A stretch of 64,000 nt of DNA from Terriglobia bacterium (GCA_963748015.1 CAVVHE010000009.1:448001-512000), one strand, 5' to 3'; shown: positions 25,940 to 37,073, counted from the first letter of the stretch. The notes: generated from the sequence alone by a model not told the origin. Numbers and translations are program-made.

Positions 25940-28885
25940 GTGGCCGAGCGGGACGGGCAAGACGCGAGTGCCGAGGGGGGAGCCGGCCGGGCGGCTTGGC
26001 CGCCGGCGCCGCTAGCCGCCGCGTTCTTCCTGTCGGGGGCGTCGGCGCTCGTCTACGAGCTGCTCTGGTTTCGCCTGCTCGGGCACGTCCTCGGCTCGAC
26101 GGCGACCGCGACCTCGACCCTCCTCGCGGCCTACCTCTTCGGCCTCGGCCTCGGCGCCTGGATCTTCGGGCGCCTCTCGGACCGGGCGGGGAGGCGGCTC
26201 GCCGTCCTCTACGTCGCGATCGAGATCGGGATCGGCCTCTACGGCGTCGCCTCGAGCTGGCTCCTGGAGCGCGGCAGCGCCCTCTACGCCCTCGGGCACG
26301 CCTGGGCAGGGGAATCGCCCGGCAAGCTCCTGCTCGCGCGCTTCGCGGTCTCGTTCGTGCTGGTGGCGATACCGACGACGCTGATGGGCGGGACGTTCCC
26401 GCTGATGGTCCACCTGCTGCGCGCGCGGCGCGTGGACGTGGGGCGCGCCGCCGGGCGGGCCTACGCGATCAACACGGCCGGGGCCGCCGCCGGCGTCCTG
26501 GGGCTTCCCTTCGCCCTGCTGCCCGCCCTGGGCGTGACCCTCTCGCTCGCCGCGGCCGCCGCCGGCAACCTCGCGGCCGCCGCCTGCGCCTGGCTCTACG
26601 CCAGGGGAGCGGGGCTGCTCGGCGCCGCCGCGGGGGCGGGCGATGCCGCGCCGGCCGAGGGGACCGACGCGACGGGGCCCGCGCCGGCCCTCACGGGCCG
26701 CGCCTGGCTCGTCCTCCTCGGCTTCTTCCTCTCGTCCGCCGCCTCGCTCGCCCTCGAGACGGTCTGGACCCGCCACCTCGGCTTCTTCTTCGGCTCGCAG
26801 ATCTACACCTTCGCGTTCGTGCTCCTCGCCTACCTCGCGGGGCTGTTCCTCGGCGGCGCCCTCTACGCGCGCGCCTCGGCCCGCGGCCGGCAGCCCGCGT
26901 CCGTCCTCGTCGCGGGGCTGCTCCTCGCCGCGGCTTCCGTCGCGCTGCCGCTGCCGTTCCTCGACCGCTTCCCGATCCCGCAGATCCGGCTGATGATCGC
27001 GGTCGGGGTCTCGCACGGCTCGTTCCTCTGGACGAGCGCCCTCGCGACCGTCGTGCTGATCCTCCCCGCGGCAATCGGCTTCGGCCTCGTCTTCCCCGCG
27101 GTCGTGGACCTCCTCGCGCGCACCGGGCGCCGCGCGGGGGAAAGCGTCGGGGCCGCGTACGTCGTGAACACGCTGGGGACGACGCTCGGCGCCCTCGCGG
27201 CCGGCTTCGTCCTCGTGCCGCGCCTCGGCACGCAGCGCACCCTCGAGCTCTCGGTTCTCCTCGTCGCCGCCGCCGCGGCGCTGACCTGGGCCGCCGCCGC
27301 CGGCCCGTCCCGCCCGCGCCCCGCGCTCCGCTGGGGGCTGCCCGCCGTGTTCCTGGCCGTGCTGTTCCTGCCGCGCTGGGACTGGAGGTTCGCGCACGCC
27401 TCGTACGCGAAGAACCCGCTCCTCTTCGTCCAGCGGTGGACGGACGGCTCGATCTGGCGCGAGGTCGCGGCGCGCAGGATCCTCTACTTCGCCGAGGGGA
27501 CCGAGGCGACGGTCACGGTCGCCGAGGGCGGCGGCGGTTCGCGGGCGCTGTTCGTCAACGGCAAGGTGGACGCCTCGAACAGCCCCGGCGACATGGTGGC
27601 GCAGCGCCTGCTGGCGCTGGTCCCGGCGCTCTTCCACCCGGATCCCAAGCGCGCGCTCGTCATCGGGGTCGGCTCGGGGACCACGGTCGCGACCCTCGCG
27701 CGGTTCCCGCTCGAGTCGATCGACGCCGCGGAGATCTCCCCCGAGGTCTCCGACGCGGCGAAGGGCTACTTCGCCGACGTCAACGAGAAGATCTTCTCGG
27801 ACCCGCGCGTGAGGCTGCGCCTCGACGACGGGCGGAACTTCCTCCATTTCCAGCCGCCGGCGTCGTACGACCTCATCATCAGCGAGCCGTCGAACCCGTG
27901 GATGGCCGGCGCGTCGGGGCTCTTCACCGACGAGTTCTTCCGCGACGCGAAGGACAAGCTCGAGCCCGGCGGCGTCTTCTGCCAGTGGTTCCACTTCTAC
28001 AACATGTCGTGGGAGCACATCCGGCTGCTGATGCGCACGTTCGTGCGGCACTTCCCCGAGACCGCCGTCTTCGCGCTGCGCGGCGGCAGCGTGACCGGCG
28101 ACATCCTGGTGATCGGCACGAACGGTCCGATGCGGATGCACCGCCTCCCCGGCGACCCGTCGCTGCCGAAGGCCGTGCGGGAGGGGTTCGCCGAGGTGAA
28201 CAACGGCTCGCCGCAGCAGCTCCTGAGCGGCCTCGTCGCGGTGCCCGCCGACGTCGCGGCGATCGGCGGCGACGGCCCGATCAACACGGACGACCGGCCG
28301 ATCCTCGAGCTCGAGGCCCCCGGCGACCGCTTCACCGCCCCGCTCATGGCGAACCTCGATCAGCTGTTGAAGCGGGCCGAGCGGTCGTTCCTGCCCGCGC
28401 GCCTCGCTCCCGAGGTCGTGCCCGCGGAGATCGAGCTCGCGGCGGACGGCTTCGCGCTGCCGCGCGGGCTCCCGCCCGGGAGCGAGGCGCGTCGCGGCGT
28501 CATGGTCCTCCGGTACGCGCGCCCGGGCGGGCGCGACGCGAGCCGTTTCCTGCTGCTCGGGCGGGAGTTCGAGGACGGACCGGCCGCGACCGGCATCTGG
28601 CGGCTCGGCCGCTCGGCGCAGGGGATGGACGAGGTCGCCGACGTGGCGGCGGCGCTCGCCGGTCCCGCGCGGATCGAAGCGTCGGGGGCCGTGACGGTCG
28701 AGGGCCACCCGGGAGCGTGGGTCGCCTCGACGGACGGCTCGAGCCGGATCGTGGCGGTGGGGTGGATCTGCCCGGCGCGCGGCGGCGTCTACCTGCTCAC
28801 GCGCCGCCTCCCGTCCGCCGGGGCGCCCTCGCCGCAGGAGCTCGCCGCGGACCTGGCGGCCCGCTTCCCCTGCGCTCATCGGTAG
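25940..28885 (+). CDS. Fused MFS-like membrane domain / spermidine synthase
   Basis: SGASALVYE...W.R, YAINTAG repeats; LVIGVGSGTT, DDGRNFL, YDLIISEPSNPW. Confidence 0.9.
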   Translation: MAERDGQDASAEGGAGRAAWPPAPLAAAFFLSGASALVYELLWFRLLGHVLGSTATATSTLLAAYLFGLGLGAWIFGRLSDRAGRRLAVLYVAIEIGIGLYGVASSWLLERGSALYALGHAWAGESPGKLLLARFAVSFVLVAIPTTLMGGTFPLMVHLLRARRVDVGRAAGRAYAINTAGAAAGVLGLPFALLPALGVTLSLAAAAAGNLAAAACAWLYARGAGLLGAAAGAGDAAPAEGTDATGPAPALTGRAWLVLLGFFLSSAASLALETVWTRHLGFFFGSQIYTFAFVLLAYLAGLFLGGALYARASARGRQPASVLVAGLLLAAASVALPLPFLDRFPIPQIRLMIAVGVSHGSFLWTSALATVVLILPAAIGFGLVFPAVVDLLARTGRRAGESVGAAYVVNTLGTTLGALAAGFVLVPRLGTQRTLELSVLLVAAAAALTWAAAAGPSRPRPALRWGLPAVFLAVLFLPRWDWRFAHASYAKNPLLFVQRWTDGSIWREVAARRILYFAEGTEATVTVAEGGGGSRALFVNGKVDASNSPGDMVAQRLLALVPALFHPDPKRALVIGVGSGTTVATLARFPLESIDAAEISPEVSDAAKGYFADVNEKIFSDPRVRLRLDDGRNFLHFQPPASYDLIISEPSNPWMAGASGLFTDEFFRDAKDKLEPGGVFCQWFHFYNMSWEHIRLLMRTFVRHFPETAVFALRGGSVTGDILVIGTNGPMRMHRLPGDPSLPKAVREGFAEVNNGSPQQLLSGLVAVPADVAAIGGDGPINTDDRPILELEAPGDRFTAPLMANLDQLLKRAERSFLPARLAPEVVPAEIELAADGFALPRGLPPGSEARRGVMVLRYARPGGRDASRFLLLGREFEDGPAATGIWRLGRSAQGMDEVADVAAALAGPARIEASGAVTVEGHPGAWVASTDGSSRIVAVGWICPARGGVYLLTRRLPSAGAPSPQELAADLAARFPCAHR

Positions 28886-28894
28886 AAACGAAAA

Positions 28895-28926
28895 AGGGAC
28901 AGCAACCGGCGAAGGTTGCTGTCCCT
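28895..28926. terminator. Palindromic element copy 2 between convergent genes, probable terminator
   Basis: Perfect 13-bp stem AGGGACAGCAACC/GGTTGCTGTCCCT preceded by an A run. Confidence 0.75.
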
Positions 28927-28949
28927 CGTTCTAAGTTCTTGAAGCGGAA

Positions 28950-29411
28950 TCAGGCCTTGGTGGCCTTCGCGCCGGCCTTGTGGTTGCAGCCGCCGGCCTC
29001 GCCGGTCTTCATGCAGCCGCCCTTGGCCATCTCGGCCACGGCGGTCTGCAGCTTCGCGACGTCGTCCTTGGAGCTGGCGGTCAGCGTCACGACCACGCCC
29101 TTGTCGGTGTTCTCGACCTTGTGGCTCCACGCGGCATTCGCCATGGGGCAGTCGGGGCCGCAGCCCTTCTTGGACTCGTCGGCGACGTGGGCCTGAAGGG
29201 TCTTCACCATCTCGGGATCGCCGGCCGTCATCTCGATCCGCGCGCCATTGTCCGTGTTGGTGACCGTCTTCTCGACGCCCTTCATCATGGCGGAGCAGTC
29301 ATGGCCCGAGGAAGCGGCCATCGCGCCGTGCTTGCCGCAACCCTCGCAGGCCGAGGCAACCGGGGCGGCGATCAAAGCGGCCAGAACGAAAAGCAGCAGG
29401 AAACGCTTCAT
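28950..29411 (-). CDS. Secreted Cys/His/Met-rich protein with an internal duplication
   Basis: Signal peptide; two V.NTD.G..I..T.....V..LQ repeats. Confidence 0.75.
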   Translation of the reverse strand: MKRFLLLFVLAALIAAPVASACEGCGKHGAMAASSGHDCSAMMKGVEKTVTNTDNGARIEMTAGDPEMVKTLQAHVADESKKGCGPDCPMANAAWSHKVENTDKGVVVTLTASSKDDVAKLQTAVAEMAKGGCMKTGEAGGCNHKAGAKATKA

Positions 29412-29572
29412 GGAAAATTCCTCCCCATCGACCTTGCGTTCGCGCTTTCAGGTTTCACGCCGGGCCGGGAGCGCGACGTTTCCACGGCCGGTCGTCAAAT
29501 CGACAACCCGTTACTTGTACCACGGGATGCCGCCGGGGGCCACCCGATGGCGGCCGCCTACTGGCGCCTCGA

Positions 29573-29606
29573 TTGACACGGCTCCTATTGAGGACCATAC
29601 TTGTCC
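29573..29606 (+). promoter_or_regulatory. sigma70 promoter with GGAC-N7-GTCC operator
   Basis: TTGACA (29573)-N17-CATACT (29596) inside GGAC-CATACTT-GTCC. Confidence 0.7.
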
Positions 29607-29702
29607 TGTTTGCGAAAGGCGCCCCGGCGGGCCGGGCGTTCGGCGGCCGCGTTCGTGCACCGTGGAAGGACAACTCGATGAGCCACACACCTCGGAGCCA
29701 CC

Positions 29703-32393
29703 ATGTCTCCTGACAACCGCTCGATAACCCTGGTACCCGGAACGCGCCTCGGCCCCTACGAGATCCACTCGCCGCTGGGCGCCGGGGGGATGGGGGAGGT
29801 CTACCGGGCGAAGGACACACGGCTCGGGCGCGACGTCGCGGTCAAGGTCTTGCCCTCGCACCGGGCGGGGAGCCCCGAGATGCGCGAGCGCTTCGATCGC
29901 GAGGCGCGGGCGATCTCGAGCCTGAACCATCCCCACATCTGCACGCTCCACGACATCGGGTCTCACGACGGCACCGACTACCTCGTCATGGAGGTCGTGG
30001 ACGGCGAGACGCTCGCTTCGCGCCTGGAGCGCGGACCGCTGAAGCTCGACGAGGCGCTCCGGGTCGCCGTCCAGGTCGCCGGCGGCCTCGCCGCCGCCCA
30101 TCGCCAGGGGATCGTCCACCGCGACCTCAAGCCCGCGAACGTGATGCTCACCCGGACGGGTGCCAAGATCCTCGACTTCGGCGTGGCGAAGCTGCGCGAC
30201 GAGGCCGCGTCGGACCAGACCGCCCCGGGCTCGCTTCCCGCCGCCATCCCGACCCGGACGACGCCGCTCACGACCCAGGGCGCGCTCATCGGCACGATGC
30301 AGTACATGTCTCCCGAGCAGCTCGAGGGGAAGCCGGCGGACCATCGGGCCGACCTGTTCGCGTTCGGGGCGGTGCTGTACGAGGCGCTCACCGGCAAGCC
30401 CGCGTTCGAGGGATCGAGCCAGGCGAGCGTGATCGCCGCGATCCTGGGGCGCGAGCCGCGGCCCCTCTCCGAGCTCGTGCCCACGAGCCCCGCCGCACTC
30501 GACCGCGCGATCCGGCGCTGCCTGGCCAAGGACCCCGACGAGCGCTGGCAGAGCGCGCTCGATCTCCAGAGCGAGCTGGAGTGGCTGTCCGGCGGGAGCG
30601 TGTCATCGGGCGCGCCGGCGGCAACGGCACCGGCGATCTCGCGGCGCTCGAGGTCCCTCCCGGCGATCTGGGCGGCCACGCTGATCGCCGTCGCCGCCGC
30701 GATGCTCGGCCTCGGCTGGAAGCTGAATCGCCCCGCCGCCCCGCCGGTGCTCCGATCGAGCATCGTGCTGCCGGCCGGGACCCTCCTCGACAGCGACAAC
30801 GCCTCGATCGCGCTCTCGCACGACGGGAGCCGGCTGGCCTACGTCGCGCGGGAAGCGGGGGGGCCGACGAGAATCTGGGTGCGTCCGCTCAACGGCCTCG
30901 TCGCCCAGCCGCTCGCCGGGACCGAGGGGGCGACCTATCCGACCTGGTCGCCCGACGGAATCCACCTCGCGTTCTTCGCGGACAAGAAGCTCAAGAAGGT
31001 CCCGGCGTCCGGCGGCCCGGTGCAGGCGATCTGCCCGGCCGAGGAGGGCCGCGGCGCGAGCTGGGGCGACGGAGACGTGATCGTCTTCGCCCCGTCCGTC
31101 TTCGGGGGCCTGATGAAGGTGCCGGCCTCCGGCGGCACCCCCACCCCGCTGACGACTGCCGCGGGGGACACGATCTCGCATCGCAATCCGCACTTCCTTC
31201 CCGGCGGCAAGCAGGTGCTCTATTTCGCCGGCAAGCCAGGACCCGATCCCGAGAACGGCGTCTTCCGCGTGGACCTCGCCACCCAGCGATCCGAGCTGGT
31301 CCTGCGCGCGGAGAGCGCGGCGACGTACGTCGAGCCCGGCTACCTGGTGTTCGTGCGAGACCTCAACCTCCTGGCCCAGCCGTTCGATTCCTCCTCGCTG
31401 CGCCTCTCCGGCGAGGCGGTGCCGATCGCGGAGAAGGTCCAGTACAACGCGTTCCGGCGGACCGGCACCTACGCCCTGTCCGACACCGGCCTGCTCCTCT
31501 CGCTGAGCGACTCGATCCAGCGCGAGACGCAGCTCACGTGGTTCGACCTCGACGGCAAGGTCGTCAGCACGGTCGGCCAGCCGGCGATGTTCTGGAATCA
31601 GCTCAGCATGTCCCCCGACGACCGCCGGGCGGTCGCGAGCGTGCGTCAGCCCGAGGGGAGGAGCGATCTCTGGACGTACGACCTGGGACGCGGCGTCGGG
31701 AGCAAGATCACGTTCGGCGAGACGAACGGCGTGACGGCGGTCTGGTCGCCCGACGGTCGTCAGGTGGCGTACGACGACGGCGCGGGCTTCCTGTGGATCA
31801 AGTCCGCAGACGGGACATCCGCTCCGCGCAAGCTGAACCAGCAAACCCTCGGAACGGCCACACCCGCCGCCTGGACTCCCGACGGCTCCCGGATCGTCTT
31901 CAGCATCAACTCGGGCAAGACGGGCCAGGACGTGCTCGTCATGCCCGTCAACGGAGACGGCAAGCCCTCGCCGCTCCTCGTCACGGCGGCCAACGAGTTC
32001 GCCTCGTCGTTCTCGGCTGACGGTCGCTGGATGACCTATGTCTCGGACGAATCGGGCCGGAGCGAGCTCTACGTCACGTCGTATCCCGGTCCCGCCGGGA
32101 AATGGCAGGTTTCGACCGGCGGCGCCACCGCCGGCGGCTGGCTCGGCGCCGGGAAAGAGGTCTGGTACTCCGATACCGACGGGAGATACTTCGCGGTCCC
32201 GATCGAGGCGATCGCCGGGAGCGTCGAGGTGGGCACGCGCCGCGCTCTCTTCGGAGGCCAGATCCTGCCCGTCGAGGTCGGGGACTTCACCCGCGACGGC
32301 AAGCGCTTCCTCGGGGCGGTGCAGAAGGTGGGGACGACGGGACCGATCCTGACGCTCGTGACGCACTGGTCGTCCGAGCTCGAGAAGAAATGA
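29703..32393 (+). CDS. Ser/Thr protein kinase with TM and TolB/PD40 beta-propeller
   Basis: LGAGGMGEVY, HRDLKPAN, DFG, YMSPEQ; WSPDG repeats. Confidence 0.95.
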   Translation: MSPDNRSITLVPGTRLGPYEIHSPLGAGGMGEVYRAKDTRLGRDVAVKVLPSHRAGSPEMRERFDREARAISSLNHPHICTLHDIGSHDGTDYLVMEVVDGETLASRLERGPLKLDEALRVAVQVAGGLAAAHRQGIVHRDLKPANVMLTRTGAKILDFGVAKLRDEAASDQTAPGSLPAAIPTRTTPLTTQGALIGTMQYMSPEQLEGKPADHRADLFAFGAVLYEALTGKPAFEGSSQASVIAAILGREPRPLSELVPTSPAALDRAIRRCLAKDPDERWQSALDLQSELEWLSGGSVSSGAPAATAPAISRRSRSLPAIWAATLIAVAAAMLGLGWKLNRPAAPPVLRSSIVLPAGTLLDSDNASIALSHDGSRLAYVAREAGGPTRIWVRPLNGLVAQPLAGTEGATYPTWSPDGIHLAFFADKKLKKVPASGGPVQAICPAEEGRGASWGDGDVIVFAPSVFGGLMKVPASGGTPTPLTTAAGDTISHRNPHFLPGGKQVLYFAGKPGPDPENGVFRVDLATQRSELVLRAESAATYVEPGYLVFVRDLNLLAQPFDSSSLRLSGEAVPIAEKVQYNAFRRTGTYALSDTGLLLSLSDSIQRETQLTWFDLDGKVVSTVGQPAMFWNQLSMSPDDRRAVASVRQPEGRSDLWTYDLGRGVGSKITFGETNGVTAVWSPDGRQVAYDDGAGFLWIKSADGTSAPRKLNQQTLGTATPAAWTPDGSRIVFSINSGKTGQDVLVMPVNGDGKPSPLLVTAANEFASSFSADGRWMTYVSDESGRSELYVTSYPGPAGKWQVSTGGATAGGWLGAGKEVWYSDTDGRYFAVPIEAIAGSVEVGTRRALFGGQILPVEVGDFTRDGKRFLGAVQKVGTTGPILTLVTHWSSELEKK

Positions 32394-34975
32394 GCGTGGT
32401 CCCCGGCACGCGCCTCGGCCCCTACGAGATCCTCTCGCCGCTCGGCGCCGGCGGGATGGGCGAGGTCTGGCGCGCTCGCGACACCAAGCTCGACCGCGAG
32501 GTGGCGCTCAAGTTCCTCCCGGCGTCGTTCGCGGAGAATCCGGAGCGCCTCGCGCGCTTCGAGCGCGAGGCGAGGGTCCTCGCGTCGCTCAACCACCCGA
32601 GCATCGCGGGCATCTACGGGCTGCACGAGCACGAGGGGCTTCGCTTCCTCGCGATGGAGCTCGCCCCCGGCGCGGACCTCGCGGAGCGACTGAAGCGGGG
32701 GAAGCTCCCCGTGGAGGAAGCGCTGGACGTCGCGCGCCAGATCGCGGAGGCGGTCGAGGCGGCGCACGAGCAGGGGATCGTCCATCGCGATCTCAAGCCC
32801 GCCAACATCCAGCTCACCCCCGAGGGCCGGGTGAAGGTGCTCGACTTCGGTCTCGCGAAGGCGCTCGAGTCCGCGGCGATGTCGGGGCCGTCCCGCGATG
32901 CCGTGATGTCGCCCACGATCACGTCGATGGGGACGGTCGCGGGGGTCATCCTCGGCACGGCGGCGTACATGAGCCCCGAGCAGGCGCGCGGGAAGAGTGT
33001 CGACAAGCGCGCCGACATCTGGGCGTTCGGGTGCGTGCTCTACGAGATGCTCTCCGGGAAGCTCGCCTTCGCGGGAGAGACCATCTCGGACACGATGGCC
33101 GCCGTGCTCACGCGCGACCCGGACTGGAGCGCGCTGCCGCCGGGCGTCCCCCCGCGGGTACGCGAGCTGATGGAGCGCTGCCTCCGGAAGGACGCCAAGG
33201 ACCGACTGCGCGACATCGGCGACGCGCGCATCGAGCTAGCGGGCGCGCGCGGGGCGGTCTCCGGGTCCCCCGCGGCGGGACTCGAGAAGGTCGCGCGGCC
33301 GCGGCGCGCCCTGGCGCTGCTCCTGTCCGCGGCCGCGGTCGTCGCCGCCCTGGCGGGCGGGACGATCGTCGGCCGCCGGACCGCCCGGACGGAGCCCCCG
33401 GCGTTTCGTCCGCTGACCTTCGAGCGCGGCTTCGTCCACTCGGCGCGGTTCGGGCCGGACGGGCAGACGGTGATCTACGGCGCGGCGTTCGAGGGCCAGC
33501 CGGTGACCCTCATGTCCACGCGCACGGACGGCTTCGAGTCGCGCCGTCTCGATCTCCCTAGCGCCGACATCGCGGGGATCTCGAGGAACGGCCAGATGGC
33601 GCTTCTCCTCGGGCGCCACCACATCGGCAGCTGGTTGCGCATCGGCACGCTCGCCCAGGTGGCCCTCTCGGGGGGCGAGCCGCGGGAGATCCAGAACGAC
33701 GTCTTCGACGCCGACATCTCTCCCGACGGCAAGCAGTTCGCGGTCGTCGTCGAGGAGGGGGACGACCAGGTGCTGCAGTATCCGATCGGCAAGGAGATCT
33801 TCCGCACGCGCGGCTGGATCAGCCAGCCCCGGATCGCCCCCGACGGGAAGCGCATCGCGTTCGTCCACCATCGCGTCCGGGGGGACGATCTCGGGGAGCC
33901 CACGCTGGCCGACGATTCCGGGAAGGCGACTCTCCTCGGCGGCGAGCAGCAGTACCAGCAGGGCCTCGCCTGGTCCCCCGCCGGCGACACGGTGTGGTTC
34001 ACGGAGACCGATGACGCCGCGGGCGGAACCCTCTGGAAGGTATCTCCCGGCGGGGCGCCGCGGATGGTTCTGCGGGTTCCGTCGAACATCCGGGTCCAGG
34101 ACGTCGCCGCCGACGGGAGCATCCTCCTCGACGTGGATGAGTCCCGCGCCGTGATCGCCGGTCAGCTCGCCGGGGACACGGCCGAGCGAACGTACTCGTG
34201 GTGGGACAACGACACCCCCGCGGCGATCTCGAACGACGGGACGATCTACGCGGGCGACAACTCGAGCATCGTCGTGAACGGAGAATACGCGGTCTTCTTC
34301 CGCCGCGGCGGCGCGCCCCCCGTCCAGATGGGCATGGGTCTCGCCGCCGGCCTGACGCCGGACGGGAAATTCGTCTTCACCTCCATGCTGACCGCGGACC
34401 GCTCGAAGCTCACGATGCGTCCCGTCGGTCCGGGTCAGCCCCGCACGTTCGATCTCGGGGGAGTCCTGCCGGACTTCAGCCTCGGCAACCGCGCCACGTG
34501 CTCGGAAGACGGCCGGCGGATCGCGTTCCTCGGCGACCGGAAGGGCACGGGTCGCGTGGCGTGGGTGCTCGACCTCGCCGGCGGCGCGCCCCGCCCCGTG
34601 TCGCCGGACGGGGCGGCCGCCGTGATCCTCTCTCCCGACGGCAGCTCGGTCGCGGTGGGCGATCCGAAGCGCGGCCTCTACGTCGTCCCGGCGGCGGGCG
34701 GGCAGCCGAAGCCGATCCAGGGCGCCGAGAAGAACGAGATTCCGCTCGCGTGGTCCTCGGACGGCCGGAGCGTCTTTGCGTGGAACCAGACCCTGCCGCC
34801 GAAAATCTACCGGATCGCGCTCGACGGCGGCCGCCGCGAGTTGGCCAGGGAGCTGATGCCGCCCGATCCCGCGGGGATCCTCTACGGCTGGCTCACGCTC
34901 ACGACCGACGGCCGGTTCTACATGCACCGGTACCGGCGCGCGCTCAGCAGCGTCTGCGTCGTGAAGCCGAGCTGA
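32390..34975 (+). CDS. Ser/Thr protein kinase with TM and beta-propeller
   Basis: Same Hanks motifs; ATGA-coupled to the first kinase; SPDG repeats. Confidence 0.95.
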   Translation: MSVVPGTRLGPYEILSPLGAGGMGEVWRARDTKLDREVALKFLPASFAENPERLARFEREARVLASLNHPSIAGIYGLHEHEGLRFLAMELAPGADLAERLKRGKLPVEEALDVARQIAEAVEAAHEQGIVHRDLKPANIQLTPEGRVKVLDFGLAKALESAAMSGPSRDAVMSPTITSMGTVAGVILGTAAYMSPEQARGKSVDKRADIWAFGCVLYEMLSGKLAFAGETISDTMAAVLTRDPDWSALPPGVPPRVRELMERCLRKDAKDRLRDIGDARIELAGARGAVSGSPAAGLEKVARPRRALALLLSAAAVVAALAGGTIVGRRTARTEPPAFRPLTFERGFVHSARFGPDGQTVIYGAAFEGQPVTLMSTRTDGFESRRLDLPSADIAGISRNGQMALLLGRHHIGSWLRIGTLAQVALSGGEPREIQNDVFDADISPDGKQFAVVVEEGDDQVLQYPIGKEIFRTRGWISQPRIAPDGKRIAFVHHRVRGDDLGEPTLADDSGKATLLGGEQQYQQGLAWSPAGDTVWFTETDDAAGGTLWKVSPGGAPRMVLRVPSNIRVQDVAADGSILLDVDESRAVIAGQLAGDTAERTYSWWDNDTPAAISNDGTIYAGDNSSIVVNGEYAVFFRRGGAPPVQMGMGLAAGLTPDGKFVFTSMLTADRSKLTMRPVGPGQPRTFDLGGVLPDFSLGNRATCSEDGRRIAFLGDRKGTGRVAWVLDLAGGAPRPVSPDGAAAVILSPDGSSVAVGDPKRGLYVVPAAGGQPKPIQGAEKNEIPLAWSSDGRSVFAWNQTLPPKIYRIALDGGRRELARELMPPDPAGILYGWLTLTTDGRFYMHRYRRALSSVCVVKPS

Positions 34976-34982
34976 GGAACAA

Positions 34983-35013
34983 GGGGACGGCAGGCCGAGC
35001 GGTCGCTGTCCCC
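34983..35013. repeat. Palindromic element copy 3
   Basis: GGGGACGGC...GCTGTCCCC. Confidence 0.6.
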
Positions 35014-35016
35014 GCT

Positions 35017-35061
35017 CTACATCAGCACCCGCAGCTTCGCGTACCCGGCGCGGCTGACGGG
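35017..35061 (-). repeat. Orphan duplicate of the lytTR 3' end
   Basis: Encodes PVSRAGYAKLRVLM*; 39/45 nt identical to 38024-38068. Confidence 0.85.
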
Positions 35062-35137
35062 ATTCACCAAGTAGCCCACCGCGTGCACCACCAACGCGCG
35101 CCGCGCCCGTTACCGCGGAGATGGGCGAGTCCCATGG

Positions 35138-37073
35138 CTACTTCGCCCGTTTCCTCCGCCTCTCCACCAGGTTGCGGTCGGCGTAGGCGGCGACCTCGAC
35201 GAGTTGCTCGAGGGGGCGGTCGAGGCGCGGGTCCTGGCTGCTCTTGAGGACGATCTCCTTCGAGAAGAGCATCGCGAGGTAACGGAGCTTGAGCGCCGGA
35301 CGGTCCGAGATCGCCCGGTAGTCGCGGTGGCCGGCGTTGACCTGCCACCTGCCGTCCACCACGCGCGAGCGCCAGCCCGCGCCGGGGTCGGTCACGAATT
35401 CGGGGTCGGGGATCCCCTCGTCGGACCTCGCGGATCGGATCTCCTCGACGATTTCCACGGCGGACTCGGCGGCCGCCTCCCTGCCTTCCGAACGAGCGGT
35501 GACGCGAAGCACCCCCTCGTTTTCCTCGGATGAGGCGCGCAGGACCGCGGCACGTCCGTCGGCCTCCTCCTCGAGTTTCCCGACCGGCCCGGTCAGTTCC
35601 CACGTGAAGGTCACCGGCTCCTCGACGGCTCGCCCGGTCGCATCGAGCGCGTGCGCTCGGATGCGACGCGCTCCCGAGCACTCGACCCGGACGGGGGAAG
35701 GGGTGATGCGCACGGAGTCCAAAGGGCCCGGCGGCAGCAGGTGGCCGATCGGCGCCCGCTCCTTGTCCGGTCCGGCCAGACGCTCGTCCGGCGGCCCGGA
35801 AGCGGCGCCGCCCGCGGGCCCCGCTCCTCCGGGCTCGGTGAGCTCCGAGTCGCCCGCCGGGCCCGCGCCCCGGTCGCCGCGGGAGCGGACCGGGAGCATC
35901 TCGTATCGCGGGCGATGACGGTAGAAGTCCCGGAAGGCGCGCTGCAGGTCGCGAACCAGCGCGCGATCGGTTTCTTCCTCGCGCTTGCGCTCCAGGCTCA
36001 GGAGCGCAGCGGCCAGCAACGGCTCGATCGAGGCGAGCGCCCGCGCGAACGCACCGGCCGCCTCGTCCGGTACGATCCCCCGACGGCTGCCGGGGGCGAC
36101 GCGGAGAGCGGGGTAGTCGAGCAGTCCCGTCAGCCGGGGATCGGTCCACGGGTGGCGGTCGAGACCGAGCGCGCCGAGCTCGTGGAAGCTCTCGGCCGCG
36201 AGCGTACCCGCGGAGTACAACGCGAGCCCGCGCCCCTCCGATCCGTCCTCGGGCGCGGCGGCCAGGTAAACCTCGAGCCGGACGGGTGGGCTTCCGGGGA
36301 TCTCGAGGCTCGAAAGCCCGGCAACGCGCTCGCCGAGGAAACGGGGCGGGCGAACCGGGATGATCTTCTGCGCGCGCCCGCGGGACATCCGGTCCTCGAC
36401 CCGCAGGTCCACCTCGCGCGCCAGGAGCTGGCCTCGCAGCTCCGACGCCAGGTAATCGGCCGCCCTCCGCCCCACGAGCGCGTTCAGCGCTTCGCGGTGG
36501 AGCCCGACCACCACGATCTCGGTCCATCGCTCGTCGAGGGCGAGGCGCGAGCGGAGCGGCTCCACGAGGAAATTCGGGGCGATCGCGGTGCAAGACGAGA
36601 CGGTGCGGCCGGTCGCCCGGGACCGCGCTGCGCATCTCGAGCAGCTCGCCGAGGCACCAGAACCCGAGCAGTCCGATGCCGTACTGCCCCTGCGTCATCA
36701 GCGCCAGCCGCTCTTGGGGCGAAAGCTGGCGCTTCCTGCTGTGGCCGATGTGCGTCGCGATGTACTGGAGGGCTTCGAGACGCGTCAGCTCCGGGATCAC
36801 GCCGGCGCCGTCGTCGAGGATCCGCAGGCACGGGCGGCCGCGGTCACGGACGCGCGTGACGCGGATGCTCCGCGCGCCGGCGTCGAGACTGTTCTGGACC
36901 AGCTCCGCCAGGGCCTTGCGCGGGTCGGGCTGGCTCATCGCGAGCCAGCGGATCAGCTCGAACGGATCGTGCGCCCGGACCTTGCCTCGCAGAACGTCCG
37001 CGGGTTTCCGCGGCCTGCCGCGGCGGCGGATCCCTACGGATCCCGGCTCACGAGGCCCCTTCTCGTCGGTCAC
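35138..37073 (-). pseudogene. GHKL (HSP90/MORC-like) ATPase protein, frameshift near 36570
   Basis: ELVQNSLDA, DDGAG, GQYGIG motifs; after HRDRPEF the frame switches to LVEPLRSR; could be a sequencing error. Confidence 0.75.
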
